A stretch of DNA of 64,000 nucleotides from an uncultured candidate division Zixibacteria bacterium (GTDB lineage Bacteria; Zixibacteria; MSB-5A5; UBA10806): contig CAWDFP010000006.1 of NCBI GenBank assembly GCA_963801605.1, positions 160,001 to 224,000 of the forward strand. Direction: 5' to 3'. Shown here in pieces: positions 62,543-64,000 of this stretch. Both the position numbers and the translations under genes were made by a program. Under the pieces are notes generated by a model, which made no database searches, had not been told where the DNA came from, and saw only the letters and a program-made list of their open reading frames with translations. Each line of letters begins with the position of its first letter. The stretch's first letter is position 1.

Positions 62543-64000
62543 TTACTTCAGCAGCATCATCTTGATCGTCTGGCCTTTTTCCCCTGCCTCCAAGCGGGCA
62601 AAGTAGAGGCCGGAGGGAGAGGCGGAAGCGTTCCAGGTTATCTTGTGTTCGCCGGCTGGCTTCTGGCCGTCAAATAGAGTCTCCACCTTTTGACCAAGAA
62701 GATTGTAAATTGCCAAGCTCACAAGTCCGGGCTCAGAGAGAGAATAACGTATTGAGGTAGCCGCATTGAACGGATTAGGATAATTTTCGAGAAGAGAATA
62801 TTCTTTTGGGTTTGGATTGAAATTTTCGATACCAATTTGATTCAGTCTTAGAATTGTTAGCGAATAGCCCTCCGCAATATAAATATTCTCCTGATCAATG
62901 CTGATACCCTGTATAATGCCCGGCGTTCGAGTGCTATCTATCAATGTTGGATTTGCGGGATTAGACACGTCTACTACAAAGAGATTCTCATCATTACCAA
63001 TGTAAGCCAGATCGTCCGATACCTCTAAAACGAATGAGTACTGTTGAAATCTAAATTTACCAACTAATGTTGGCTGAGAGGGATTGGATACATTAATCAC
63101 ATACAAACCACTATCCTGTACTGTTAAATAGGCATAATTGCTGGAAACATCAATTCCAAAGGCAGGTTTCGGAGTGGCGTACCGAGCGGTAAAAACGGGA
63201 TTAGTGGGATCAGTTACATTTAAGATGCTCATTCCGAAAGAGCCATCGGCCACGTAAGCATAATTCCCCGCAACATCAACATTACAGCATACACCACTTG
63301 AATCAAACCGACCGGCCACTACAGGATTAAGCGGATTTGATATATCCAATATCCTCAGTCCATCGATCGAGCAGGTTACATAGGCATATTGTCCAAAAAT
63401 ATGGACGTTTTCAACGGAAGCATGATCGATCAGGCAGCGCTCCACAGCCAGGGGATTGGATGGATCTGCAACACTGATAATTTGGAGACCTGAATCGTGC
63501 TCAGCCACATAAATGTATTCACCAGATTGACAAATTTTTTCGGCATATCCCGATGTTTCGCATTGTCCACTAAGCTGCGGATACATCGGATCGCCGATAT
63601 TCAATACTTTCAAACCGCCATCGCTATCGGCAACATAAGCATAACTTCCAGAAACGGTGACATCCTCCACTAGCCCGGATGCGTCATGGAGGCCAATGAA
63701 TGTGGGATTGCCAGGATTGGTAATATTAACTATTTGAAGAGATGTCAGGTCGCTTAGATAAGCATCGCTTCCTGAAAGAAAGATGTCATAAGTGTAACCG
63801 GGGGTATCAAAGCTGGAATAAAGTATTGGCTGTGCAGGATTTGAGACATCGACAATTTCCAAGCCGCTCATATATTCCGCTAAATAAATATAATTATCTC
63901 TTTGGGAAATACCGAAAGTGCCGGATGTGCCAGTATAATGGCTGACCATTTCTGGGCTGATGGAGTTGGATATGTCGACCACCCAAAAACCCATTTCCTC
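62543..64000 (-). CDS. LVIVD-repeat secreted protein with NYPNPFN sorting domain (5' truncated by window)
   Basis: Same repeat type; paralog of the neighbouring gene. Confidence 0.85.
   Translation of the reverse strand, partial: EEMGFWVVDISNSISPEMVSHYTGTSGTFGISQRDNYIYLAEYMSGLEIVDVSNPAQPILYSSFDTPGYTYDIFLSGSDAYLSDLTSLQIVNITNPGNPTFIGLHDASGLVEDVTVSGSYAYVADSDGGLKVLNIGDPMYPQLSGQCETSGYAEKICQSGEYIYVAEHDSGLQIISVADPSNPLAVERCLIDHASVENVHIFGQYAYVTCSIDGLRILDISNPLNPVVAGRFDSSGVCCNVDVAGNYAYVADGSFGMSILNVTDPTNPVFTARYATPKPAFGIDVSSNYAYLTVQDSGLYVINVSNPSQPTLVGKFRFQQYSFVLEVSDDLAYIGNDENLFVVDVSNPANPTLIDSTRTPGIIQGISIDQENIYIAEGYSLTILRLNQIGIENFNPNPKEYSLLENYPNPFNAATSIRYSLSEPGLVSLAIYNLLGQKVETLFDGQKPAGEHKITWNASASPSGLYFARLEAGEKGQTIKMMLLK

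Overview
Gene-dense bacterial chromosomal window. Many secreted proteins end in an NYPNPFN-type (Por/T9SS-like) C-terminal sorting domain or a dockerin-like tail, which suggests an FCB-group organism, possibly Zixibacteria-like (inference only). Housekeeping content includes ftsE-ftsX-envC-holB-ricT-metG, tatD/radical-SAM-rsmA, rlmD, asnA, a GlcD-like oxidase, MFS transporters and an M23 peptidase. About ten genes are broken by 1-nt indels that look like long-read or assembly errors. The most notable observations are: (1) a HIT hydrolase translationally coupled to a double-HTH/aconitase-family (LeuC-like) fusion and a LeuD-like partner that have lost most substrate and catalytic residues but keep the three [4Fe-4S] cysteines, a candidate Fe-S-sensing pseudoenzyme regulator; (2) a secreted Omp28-like thioredoxin-fold selenoprotein candidate (in-frame UGA in a UxxC motif plus a SECIS-like hairpin) that the ORF track truncates, downstream of TlpA and DUF6029-like genes; (3) an SbcD/Mre11-like protein lacking metal ligands next to an SMC-like ATPase; (4) a ~2600-aa repeat surface protein with cohesin/dockerin-like modules and a structured leader; (5) a RAYT transposase with flanking REP palindromes and an adjacent AT-rich island carrying two ParB-like genes and dinD; (6) a BMC pentamer triplet; (7) 10-bp-phased direct repeats over the promoter of a Xis/BldC-like HTH gene. 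No rRNA, tRNA or CRISPR array was seen. All family assignments come from motif recognition, not database searches.
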